Made by a program: the position numbers and the translations under genes
Assembly: GCF_021028975.2 (NCBI RefSeq)
Contig: NC_059425.1
Location: forward strand, 38,626,001 to 38,690,000
Source: Sphaerodactylus townsendi
Taxonomy: Eukaryota
Reading direction: 5' to 3'
Length of the DNA: 64,000 bases
Part shown: in pieces, positions 63,915 to 64,000 of the stretch
How positions within the stretch are numbered: position 1 is the stretch's first letter
Layout: each line of letters opens with the position of its first letter
The notes under the pieces: generated by a model
What the model was told of the DNA's origin: nothing
Seen by the model: only the letters and a program-made list of their open reading frames with translations
Database searches by the model: none

Positions 63915-64000
63915 CCAACACCCCCTTTCTGGCCCAGTTCAATAGACGCACGAAACAGGCGGTGCAAAAGGGACGCCTTTTATAAAAGATGGCTCAGTAG

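Overview
This is vertebrate genomic DNA, and the repeat repertoire (abundant tRNA-derived SINEs with (CTT)n tails, Penelope, L2, DIRS, hAT/Harbinger/Tc-mariner MITEs) points to a squamate, probably a gecko (inference). The + strand carries the 3' part of CCDC88A (Girdin/GIV): 16 coding exons (5524-44697) that I could join in frame across GT-AG junctions, a 3'-UTR intron, and a last exon probably ending near 50.3 kb. The exon at 38820 either splices at 39306 to give the canonical ...REQQSS C-terminus, or reads through to a 179-codon extension ending in the Daple-like PDZ-binding motif IWYEYGCV (the GIV-L isoform). On the - strand, convergent with it, is an intact, intron-containing PRORSD1 (ProXp-ala aminoacyl-tRNA deacylase, 176 aa). 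Most listed ORFs are transposon fragments or noise. The most notable non-obvious signals are: (1) a Tc/mariner-type MITE family carrying palindromic arrays of perfect SRF CArG boxes with ATF/AP-1-like sites; (2) a local inversion between two adjacent hAT MITEs, revealed by flipped target-site duplications; (3) a ~350-nt fold-back hairpin inserted into a SINE; (4) a Penelope minimal hammerhead-ribozyme core abutted by a solo LTR; (5) 13 TGCATG (RBFOX) motifs in the intron that decides GIV versus GIV-L. I see no convincing wholly new protein-coding system. Orthologue comparisons are from memory and were not computed.
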